Origin: an uncultured virus (IMG/VR IMGVR_UViG_2061766007_002127)
Taxonomy: Duplodnaviria; Heunggongvirae; Uroviricota; Caudoviricetes
Strand: one strand, 5' to 3'
Virus record (IMG/VR): IMGVR_UViG_2061766007_002127
DNA length: 64,000 nucleotides
Shown: positions 56,525 through 64,000 of the stretch, one piece after another
Position numbering within the stretch: the stretch's first letter is position 1
Layout of the letters: each line of letters starts with the position of its first letter
The notes under the pieces: generated by a model
Database searches by the model: none
What the model was told of the DNA's origin: nothing
Seen by the model: the letters and a program-made list of their open reading frames with translations, nothing else
Made by a program: the position numbers and the translations under genes

Positions 56525-57319
56525 TCAGAAAATCTCCATCTGCACGATATGGCTGGCAAGCCTCCTGGCTATCACTTCGCAGTACCTCTCCTCCTTCTCT
56601 ATCAGGACGCACTTCCTGTTCAGGTTCATGCACGCCTCGCCGAGCGAGCCGCTTCCAGCCGTGAAGTCGAGCACGGATTCGCCTTCGAGCGTGTACGTCC
56701 TCAGGAGGTATTCGAGCAGGTCGACGGGCTTCTGGGTCGGATGGAGTCTCTTCGCCCCGTATGGCTTCCTGAATTCCAGCACGGTTGTTGGGTACTTGTG
56801 GGTGTACGTCTTGTGAAGCGCCACCATGTTGCACTTGTTCAGGATGTCCGAGCAGACTGGCTTGCCGCCTGCCCTCGCGTCGCCGTTCTCGCGCTTCGTC
56901 ATGATGGGGTAGTAGACCATAGGATTGCTGGCTCCGTTGGCGCAACGCCCCTTGCTGAAGACGCATATGTCCTCGACGACGGACATCGGCTGAACCTTCG
57001 CCAATTGGAACGCGCCGCCAGACTCCTTCCTCCAGTTCCACCTGTATCTGAAGTCGTCAAGGTCGGAGCACACCAGCTTCGATGTGAACGGCTCGTTGCC
57101 GAATATGCACACGGCTCCGTTCCCCTTCACGTGCGACCAGACAACCCTCCACATGTCCGTGAACGGTATAACCTCGTCCCACTTGCAGGCAGTCTTGCCG
57201 TTCCCATACGGTGGGTCGACGATGATTGAATCGAACACGTCGTCAATCCCGTCCATCACCTCGACGGCGTCCCCCATGTACAATGTCACCAAATCATTCT
57301 GGAAATACGGCTTGCTCAT
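56525..57319 (-). CDS. Beta-class DNA methyltransferase
   Basis: IIVDPPYG...HPTQKPVDLL...VLDFTAGSGS; ends QMEIF. Confidence 0.9.
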   Translation of the reverse strand: MSKPYFQNDLVTLYMGDAVEVMDGIDDVFDSIIVDPPYGNGKTACKWDEVIPFTDMWRVVWSHVKGNGAVCIFGNEPFTSKLVCSDLDDFRYRWNWRKESGGAFQLAKVQPMSVVEDICVFSKGRCANGASNPMVYYPIMTKRENGDARAGGKPVCSDILNKCNMVALHKTYTHKYPTTVLEFRKPYGAKRLHPTQKPVDLLEYLLRTYTLEGESVLDFTAGSGSLGEACMNLNRKCVLIEKEERYCEVIARRLASHIVQMEIF

Positions 57320-57579
57320 CTGTTCGACCCGTCCCTGTTGCAGTCGGCGAGGAAATATTCGGCATAGCATCTGCATCTGCATGGGATTTCCTGCTTTGTC
57401 CATTCCTCCTCGGTACAGAGAGAATCAATGTATACTTCTATGCCAGCGTCCTCCGATATGCCAGCGATATGGCGCGTTCCAGCGTCCTCGCAGGCGTATA
57501 TGGTGGAAACTGCTCGGTCTCCAGGTCGCACAACCTTCATCGCCCTGCAGATTCCACAAATGTCCATTCTCCTATTCAT
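57316..57579 (-). CDS. Small Cys-rich hypothetical protein
   Basis: MNRRMDICGIC...CRCRCYAEY; resembles 59509-59766 and 60878-61270 (C..C...CP.(Y/L)AEH). Confidence 0.45.
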   Translation of the reverse strand: MNRRMDICGICRAMKVVRPGDRAVSTIYACEDAGTRHIAGISEDAGIEVYIDSLCTEEEWTKQEIPCRCRCYAEYFLADCNRDGSNR

Positions 57580-58358
57580 CAGAAAAGCTCCTGTTGCCTC
57601 GGCTCGCTCATGAACCTGTCGATTCTCTCGACAGCCTTCTTCCAGTATTCCTCGTTTGTCTCGAACCCGATGTAATGCCTGCTCTCCATCAGGCATGCTA
57701 TCGCAGTCGTTCCAGAGCCCATGCAGTTGTCGAGGACGGTGTCGCCCTCGTTTGTGTACGTGCGCACGAGCCATCTTATGAGCTCGACGGGCTTCTGCGT
57801 CGGATGCCACGTGTCTGCGTTGTGCTCCTTCTGGAAGGACAGGATGGAACGGGGGTGCTTTCTCCTGTCGTACTTGTCCGAGACCTCGGCGTTGGAATGC
57901 TCGCCGTAGCACTGGTTTCCATTCCTGTGCTGTCCACTTCCACGGGCGTGGCTAGGCTCCCCGTCAACGAACTGTGGGTTGTACGTCGGTTGCTCGCGGT
58001 AGAACACGGCGATGTCCTCGTGGCAACGCAAGGGCATTCTGCTGGCATTGAGGAATCCCGTCGTGCGTTGCTTGTCCCAGACGAGATTGTATCTCCACTC
58101 GTCGGGATTGCTCAGCATCAGCCTAGCCGTGAACATCCCCTGGCAGAACAGGACAATCGCCCCGTTCCTCTTCACGACTCGTCGGTACTGCCTCCACAGC
58201 TCGTCGAACGGAAGAAGCCTGTCCCACTGGGAGTTCGCGTTCCCCTTGTTCAGCACCTCATACGGGGGGTCGCATATGACTGCGTCGACAGACCCGTCGG
58301 GGATGTCCTTCATCCCCTCAAGGCAGTCGATGTTGTAGATGTTGTCAAGTTCAATCAT
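57579..58358 (-). CDS. Beta-class DNA methyltransferase
   Basis: DCLEGM...ICDPPY...HPTQKPVELI...VLDNCMGSGTT; ends QQELF. Confidence 0.92.
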   Translation of the reverse strand: MIELDNIYNIDCLEGMKDIPDGSVDAVICDPPYEVLNKGNANSQWDRLLPFDELWRQYRRVVKRNGAIVLFCQGMFTARLMLSNPDEWRYNLVWDKQRTTGFLNASRMPLRCHEDIAVFYREQPTYNPQFVDGEPSHARGSGQHRNGNQCYGEHSNAEVSDKYDRRKHPRSILSFQKEHNADTWHPTQKPVELIRWLVRTYTNEGDTVLDNCMGSGTTAIACLMESRHYIGFETNEEYWKKAVERIDRFMSEPRQQELF

Positions 58359-58529
58359 TTCAGTTCAGCAGAATGTACCGATGCTCCTCTCCGTCGACGT
58401 CGAATGACTTTTCGACATCAACGAAATCGAGAGTCTCCTCGCTTCCACCCTCGCCACTGTACTTGACGTCAAGGTCGCCATCATGCTCCTTGATGTCCTT
58501 CAGCTTCTGAATGAGTTCGGAGATTTTCA

Positions 58530-59120
58530 TCACATCACCTCGTCCACCACGCCGAAGTCCTTCGCCTCCTCGGCTGACAGCCAGAAGTCACGGTTGGTCT
58601 TCTCACGGAGTTCGTCCACTGTCTTGCCACAGTTCTCCGCGAGAATCGCAAGCAACGCCTCGTTCACCTTCTTCGTCTCCTCAAGTGACACAATCATGTC
58701 CTGAATGTTGCCCTGAGCGCCTGACGACGCCTGATGGAGCATGACACGGGTTCCCTTGAGGATGGTGCGATGCCCCTTCTCGCCACATGACGTGATGACG
58801 CTCGCCATAGAGGCGATGCTGCCGTGGGCGGTCACGTAGACGGGGCACTTCACGATGCGCATGGTGTCGATGATGGACATTCCTGCCGAGCAGTAGCCAC
58901 CAGGGGAGGAGATGTAGATGTTGATGGGGGCAGTCTCGTCCTCGCTCTGGAGGTACAGCAGTTCTGCCACGACGACGCTAGCCATGTGTGGCTCTATCTC
59001 GCCGTCAATCATGATGATTCTGTCCTTGAGCAGTCGGCTGTAGATGTCCTGATGGAGGGTGTTGCCGTCTGCGTCCCGTGTGATGACCACGGGGATTCCT
59101 GCGTTCTTGGTTTCGCTCAT
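58530..59120 (-). CDS. clpP: ATP-dependent Clp protease proteolytic subunit
   Basis: DIYSRLLKDRII...LLYLQSED...YISSPGG...IASMAS...VMLHQ...RDFWLSAEEAKDFGVVDEV; AAGGAG RBS. Confidence 0.95.
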   Translation of the reverse strand: MSETKNAGIPVVITRDADGNTLHQDIYSRLLKDRIIMIDGEIEPHMASVVVAELLYLQSEDETAPINIYISSPGGYCSAGMSIIDTMRIVKCPVYVTAHGSIASMASVITSCGEKGHRTILKGTRVMLHQASSGAQGNIQDMIVSLEETKKVNEALLAILAENCGKTVDELREKTNRDFWLSAEEAKDFGVVDEVM

Positions 59121-59484
59121 TTGAATTCTCCTTTGATTATGGTTTGGGGTTGAAATCCTCCACGTTCGCAAGCACGACAGCCTGCGAAATCAGACCGTAC
59201 AGGTCCTCTCCAGACACGGAGCTCCTGCACAGCCGACCGTCCTTCCAGTGCCAGAGCATCTCCACGTCGAACTCGTAGTCCGTCGCTGGCACCACGGTCA
59301 GCCTGATGTCCTCCACATCGGAAAGCCTGTCTCCGAACTGCGCCTGCATGATGGCGCGTTGCCTCCTGTCGGAGAAGCACTCCCCGTTCAGGAAGCGNNN
59401 NNNNNNNNNNNNNNNAGAAATTCCTCTTCAGGTACTCCAAGTCAAGCATGTGCATTGTTCCTCCTCTGGTTCAGTTGCATCATC

Positions 59485-59513
59485 AATATGCGCCGCATTC
59501 TGGGATTTTCAAG
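59485..59513 (-). promoter_or_regulatory. Class 1 promoter upstream of clpP/methyltransferase block
   Basis: CTTGAAAATCCCAGAATGCGGCGCATATT. Confidence 0.6.
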
Positions 59514-59766
59514 CCGTCTGGTCGGTTTTTCCCATGAAGCTCACGAGATGCTCTGCGTACATCGGGCACGTGTCCATGTCGCATTCAAGCCTCTCGTACT
59601 CCTCGATGGACGACGTGTACTTGTTGTCGTTACCACAGTGATACAGATGCCTGTCGCCGCATCCATACATGAGGAGCGTGAACATGCCGTAGTACTTGCA
59701 CTTCTCGCATATCCCGAAGTCCCTGAGCACCTCGGTGTCAGAACTTGTCTCTCCAGTCCTTTCCAT
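59509..59766 (-). CDS. Small Cys-rich hypothetical protein
   Basis: ICEKCKY...TCPMYAEH. Confidence 0.45.
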   Translation of the reverse strand: MERTGETSSDTEVLRDFGICEKCKYYGMFTLLMYGCGDRHLYHCGNDNKYTSSIEEYERLECDMDTCPMYAEHLVSFMGKTDQTA

Positions 59767-59784
59767 ATTTCTGCTCCATGTTTA

Positions 59785-59882
59785 TTTCAACTCACATCCA
59801 TGCAATCTGCAAGAATCTGGCATTGCATGGATGACATTCTCATGCTGAGAATTTGGAATCAATCCAGAAAATTGATTTCCAA
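59785..59882 (+). repeat. Dispersed structured repeat, copy 3 (67-bp core plus third hairpin)
   Basis: CATCCATGCAAT-15 nt-ATTGCATGGATG perfect 12-bp stem, then TTCTCA-TGC-TGAGAA. Confidence 0.85.
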
Positions 59883-59896
59883 CAAGAATAGTAAAA

Positions 59897-60226
59897 TCAG
59901 AATTTATCCCTCCAGTCGGCTCCATATGCGTTTTTCATATATTCCAGATACGGCTTCNNNNNNNNNNNNNNNNNNNNNNNNNNNNNNNNNNNNNNNNNNN
60001 NNNNNNNNNNNNNNNNNNNNTGACCTTGCTCGTCGATGAAATCAGGCTGGTAATAATATGTCTTGTTGCGGTACTTGTAGCTCCACTTCCTCGTGTTTCT
60101 CGTAAGCTCCATGCCGTGGTCGTGGAAGAACACGAGAAGCGCCAGCTCCCACGACGAGTCGTACCACTTCCCGTTCCACCATCCACGCTTCACGTCGTGG
60201 TAGTTCCTTGCAGTCAGCCTCGGCAT
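59897..60226 (-). CDS. Small TnsA-like PD-(D/E)XK endonuclease
   Basis: GWWNGKWYDSSWELA...YKYRNKTYYYQPDF. Confidence 0.65.
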   Translation of the reverse strand: MPRLTARNYHDVKRGWWNGKWYDSSWELALLVFFHDHGMELTRNTRKWSYKYRNKTYYYQPDFIDEQGXXXXXXXXXXXXXXXXXXXXXXKPYLEYMKNAYGADWRDKF

Positions 60227-60885
60227 TTCAATCTCCTTCCAATGCTGTCGTACCTGTCCCTCTGCGCCACGGATATGCTTCCACGACCGTCGAAACCGAT
60301 GTGGTACGTGTTCGAGTACGTGGCACGGTATCCCCTCGGCGACACTGCGTCCACCTTGAGCGACACGTCCATCGAATTGTCCGAATTGAATGTGGCATGC
60401 ACCCTGTGCCTCCTCACCTTCACGTCGTACTGCACATGGTACTCCCCCCATTCAAGATACCTGCGCACATTGCTCGCGGCATCGGCGAGGAGCATAGCCT
60501 GCTCCACACTGCCCTTGAACGCAAGACGGTATGACATGCCGTCGGGCGACACGTCCACCTTCTCTGCGCACTGCTCAAGGTCGCACACTGCGCTTGACAC
60601 CGAATGCCCGACTATGACGCCGTCGCAGAACCTCTGGAGAGCACGCGAGAATGCCTTCGTCTCCCTTTCCCTTATCTTCTTCCCGAGTCTCCTCCTCCAC
60701 TTCGCGCCGAACTGCCTCAGCACGTCCTCTGGACGGTACAATGCGTCGCAGGCGCGATAGTGGATGTCGTCCTCCAGCCCTAGGAACCCGTTGATTACAA
60801 GGAACGACAGGCATGCGTCCCTGTCCTCCCTCGGCAGTTTCCTCACGGCGTCGTACAATGTGTCGAGCGTCCTGTCGTCAACCAT
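60214..60885 (-). CDS. Hypothetical protein
   Basis: 223-aa ORF overlapping neighbours. Confidence 0.5.
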   Translation of the reverse strand: MVDDRTLDTLYDAVRKLPREDRDACLSFLVINGFLGLEDDIHYRACDALYRPEDVLRQFGAKWRRRLGKKIRERETKAFSRALQRFCDGVIVGHSVSSAVCDLEQCAEKVDVSPDGMSYRLAFKGSVEQAMLLADAASNVRRYLEWGEYHVQYDVKVRRHRVHATFNSDNSMDVSLKVDAVSPRGYRATYSNTYHIGFDGRGSISVAQRDRYDSIGRRLKCRG

Positions 60886-61270
60886 TCTTCCTCTCCTCTA
60901 TCAATGCGAGCCTCTTCTCCTCCCTTTCCCTCCACTCGGACACCTTCCTCTCGTGGTGCAGGTCGTACATCATGTGCTCTGCGAGGAACGGGCATGACGA
61001 CTGCCCCTCCTTCAGATGGATTTTCCACATGAAGTCCTCGGCGTTCCCCTCGTACATGCCTATCTCGTCGGAGCCCCGCACCCTGTCCCAGCCAGGAGGG
61101 GGGTTCTCAATGAACTCGGACGCATCCTCTATCTCGACGAAGTTGCACGTGTCGCCGAACCTCGTCGAGGAGTCGTTCATGGACAGGTACCACCTGCCCT
61201 CGGAATTCCTCAGGATGCAACGGGGGTTCGACCCCTTCCCACACTGGTGCCTGCAGAAGTTCAGGTTCAT
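60878..61270 (-). CDS. Cys-rich hypothetical protein
   Basis: MNLNFCRHQC...SCPFLAEH. Confidence 0.5.
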   Translation of the reverse strand: MNLNFCRHQCGKGSNPRCILRNSEGRWYLSMNDSSTRFGDTCNFVEIEDASEFIENPPPGWDRVRGSDEIGMYEGNAEDFMWKIHLKEGQSSCPFLAEHMMYDLHHERKVSEWREREEKRLALIEERKNG

Positions 61271-62648
61271 TTCTTCTCGTCCTCGTCGTCGTCCCATCCG
61301 AGGAGCTTCTTCATCTTGTCGAACTCCTTCTGCTGGTCCTTGTCGAACATCCCGTCGAGCCCGCCCATCTCGCTGGCAATCCTGTCGACAGCCTTCTGGT
61401 TGTCGTCGTGCTGTCCGTCGGTGAACTCGGAAGCCCTCTCGTCCTTGATGAAGTGCTGTACCTTGGAAGCCTCCAGCTTCATCGGCTCNNNNNNNNNNNN
61501 NNNNNNNNNNNGAGATGTTCCTGACGGCATGCACCTTCCTCATCGTGATGGTGATGTCGTCTATCAGGCACGGGAAGTTCCCGTTCGTGTCGAAGCCCTC
61601 GAAGCGTTCCACGCCATGCTCCATCGCGTGATGGACGTAGCCCTCGCCAGTAGGCACGTCGCCGCCGTCCTCGACAATCGANNNNNNNNNNNNNNNNNNN
61701 NNNNNNNNNNNNNNNNNNNNNNNNNNNNNNNNNNNNNNNNNNNNNNNNNNNNNNNNNNNNNNNNNNNNNNNNNNNNNNNNNNNNNNNNNNNNNNNNNNNN
61801 NNGCACCATACGCTCGTGTTGACGAAGTAGAACACGTTGTCCACGTCCTTGCTGTCATCGTTGCAATTGCCGCAATTGCATTTCGCCTCCTCGAGCTTGG
61901 ACTTCATTCCGTTGAGCTTCTCGATGAGGTCTTTCAGACCGTCCATGTCCAGACCTGGGATGGCAGACTGCCCATGAGCCTTCTCTGCCTCGTCGTCCTC
62001 GTCGGTGCTCCACATTCCGTCTGGCACACTGCCGTTTGGCTTGCGTGCCCCGATTGTCTGGAACGTCGTTCCGTCGGAGTGCATACCGTCTGGACGGTGG
62101 TGGAAGAAGTCCTCGATGTCCTTCATCATCTTGTTCGCGTCGAGATGGTCGTTCTCGTGAGCCTCCTCGACGCCGTCCTCGTACAGCTCGTCGGCATTCT
62201 CCTCGCTCCCGTATGCGCACCATTCCCTCTCGCACAGGAGATTGCCCTTCTCGGGGACGTATGCCTTCACGATTCCGTCCTCGACGTACAGGATGGCGTT
62301 CAGGGGAACCTCCCAGTCGCCGCCACAGTCGAACCCGAAGAACAATTCGCCCTTCGATGTCCTGTTAAGACCGTCGAACCCCTCTCCGTTCGTGTATTCG
62401 CCGCCAGCAGCGACGTTCTCCGTGTCGACGTTCACGTTGAAACGGTTGTCATATGTGATGACGCTGATGATGTCGTAGATGCTCTCGTTCGCGATTCGCT
62501 CCCAGTCGTCCCTGTCGACATCGTCGAACGTCTTGTAGTCGTCTGCGTAGTCGGAATTTGCTTCTGGGTCTCTCAGCGTCTCAAGGACGGCACGGAAGAA
62601 CTCCTTCTCGTCCGTGCAGATGTTTCTTTTCACTGTCTTCTTTCTCAT
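61267..62648 (-). CDS. Acidic hypothetical protein (gapped)
   Basis: AAGGAG RBS; VDTEN...CGGDWEVPLNAILY...AYVPEKGN. Confidence 0.55.
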
Positions 62649-62697
62649 TGGAAATCTCCTTTGTTGCTTGTGGAAAACTGAAAATTCTCTTTCACAT

Positions 62698-62726
62698 AAT
62701 ATGCCCCGTTTCCACGAAAAGTCAAG
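62698..62726 (-). promoter_or_regulatory. Class 1 promoter
   Basis: CTTGACTTTTCGTGGAAACGGGGCATATT. Confidence 0.6.
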
Positions 62727-62793
62727 CTCGGATTCCACATTTCGGTTATCGTCGCCACATTGTTTTACATTCCAGACACATGGAGGAGCAGAC

Positions 62794-63024
62794 ATGAACC
62801 AGTTCGGAACGGAAAACGCGAAGGCGATATGCCACAGGCTCGAAATGGAGGAGTCCATAATCAGGGACATGATGAACCAGCTTTCCCAGCTCAAGGCGAA
62901 CCAGCACTCCGAGTTCACGGAGTACGACAAGAGCACGCTGGAGTATTCAATGAAAAAGGCAGGCGAGGCAGTCGAGTGCCTGCACCTGTCCACGCTGAAC
63001 CTCAAGGGAATTCTGCCGAACTAG
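62794..63024 (+). CDS. Small helical protein, lone plus-strand gene
   Basis: GGAGGAG RBS; 76 aa. Confidence 0.5.
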   Translation: MNQFGTENAKAICHRLEMEESIIRDMMNQLSQLKANQHSEFTEYDKSTLEYSMKKAGEAVECLHLSTLNLKGILPN

Positions 63025-63773
63025 AACAGGTCCATCTGGCTGGACGGCTCGGCTTTCCTCCCGAGCGTGCCATTCAATCTGTCCACTATGATGCTGGCGT
63101 ACTTCGCGTTTATCTCGCATCCCACGCATCTGCGACCGAGCTCCCTCGACGCCAGCAATGTCGAGCCTATCCCAGCGAACGGCTCGAACACGAGGTCTCC
63201 AGCGTTCGACGAGTTGCGCACCAGCGTCTTCATGAGCTCCACTGGCTTCTCCGTGTCGTGCATGTTGGAGCCGTCCTCGTTCTTGAGCTTCTTGATTGGA
63301 ATGCTCAGGATGTCTGGGGTCGAGAAGTCGTTTATGTCCCTCGCAGAGCCTCTCCTGAACATCAGGATGTACTCGAAGCAGTTCATGTAGAACCTGCCGC
63401 AAATCTTGTTGCCCTTGTCCCATATCAGGGACTTTATGAATCTGAACCCAGCGTCGGTCGCGGCGTTCAGGCACTCCATCAGGTTGACGTGGTTGACCAT
63501 CACGTAGCAGTGCGTGCCGTCCTTCAGTATCCTGTGGAACTCTGGGAGGTAGTCGGAGAACTGGATGTCGTTGTCGTCGAATATCCTGCCGTTCCCAGCC
63601 TCCTTGCTTCTCCAGTATCCACCCATGGTGCCAGTCGTGCCCTTCGTCGTGACACGGTACGGGGGGTCGGTGCATATCAGGTCGACGGATTCGTCTGCCA
63701 TGCCTGCCATGACCTCCATCGCGCCTGCGTTGTAGAGCGTGATGCCGTCCCTGTCGTACACTGGCTCGCTCAT
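63021..63773 (-). CDS. Beta-class DNA methyltransferase
   Basis: LICTDPPY...HDTEKPVELM...VFEPFAGIGST...GCEIN; ends QMDLF. Confidence 0.9.
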   Translation of the reverse strand: MSEPVYDRDGITLYNAGAMEVMAGMADESVDLICTDPPYRVTTKGTTGTMGGYWRSKEAGNGRIFDDNDIQFSDYLPEFHRILKDGTHCYVMVNHVNLMECLNAATDAGFRFIKSLIWDKGNKICGRFYMNCFEYILMFRRGSARDINDFSTPDILSIPIKKLKNEDGSNMHDTEKPVELMKTLVRNSSNAGDLVFEPFAGIGSTLLASRELGRRCVGCEINAKYASIIVDRLNGTLGRKAEPSSQMDLF

Positions 63774-64000
63774 TTCAGACTCCCCAGTATGAANNNNNNN
63801 NNNNNNNNNNNNNNNNNCATCTCGATTGCGTGGACGCCCCAGTCCTCAAGCAGTCCCCTGATAATCATGTCTATCTTCCACTGGAAGTACGTGTTCACCG
63901 TCCTGATGCCGTTGTCCTCAAGCCAGCCGTTCCTGTACGGGAAGTAGAACAGGTGCGTGTAGTTCGCCATGTTCTCCCTGCATATCCTCTCCAGCATCGA

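Noticed and set aside
27825..63773. A complete restriction-modification or other defence operon
   Set aside because: The nuclease domain and MTases are more than 27 kb apart, of mismatched classes, and no specificity subunit is visible.
9570..63947. Many long plus-strand ORFs in the six-frame track (e.g. 9570-11159, 47506-48435, 52229-53248, 57084-58466, 62760-63947)
   Set aside because: Antisense shadows of GC3-rich minus-strand genes with no RBS or recognisable motifs.

Overview
Gapped (N-rich) scaffold from what looks like a large uncultured tailed phage: densely packed genes, almost all on the minus strand after ~9.1 kb, GC-rich coding DNA with AT-rich mobile islands, and no rRNA, tRNA or CRISPR that I can see. 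The left part encodes probable virion proteins: a collagen-like fibre, a Cys-rich protein, a permuted-papain amidase and a giant ~11 kb gene broken by gaps. The rest is accessory and DNA-metabolism genes: ParB-like, a truncated type IIG-like nuclease, NADAR fusion, HIRAN, DEDDh exonuclease, Thg1-like, Lar-like, NUDIX, Mre11/SbcD-like, four beta-class DNA methyltransferases, two TnpB-type elements, and ClpS, ClpA and ClpP plus a second ClpP-like gene. Main finding: clpA is a fractured gene, split inside its first Walker A motif by an atypically split intein with only a 14-residue N-intein, with a free-standing endonuclease gene between the halves. Other notable patterns: all four methyltransferases end in a sliding-clamp-binding-like motif (QLDLF/QMEIF/QQELF/QMDLF); a 67-bp covarying multi-hairpin element occurs three times; two families of proteins share N-terminal leaders; and a TnpB element's empty target site rebuilds an intact phage promoter. 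All assignments come from reading motifs by eye; no database searches were run, and many gene boundaries are uncertain because of gaps.
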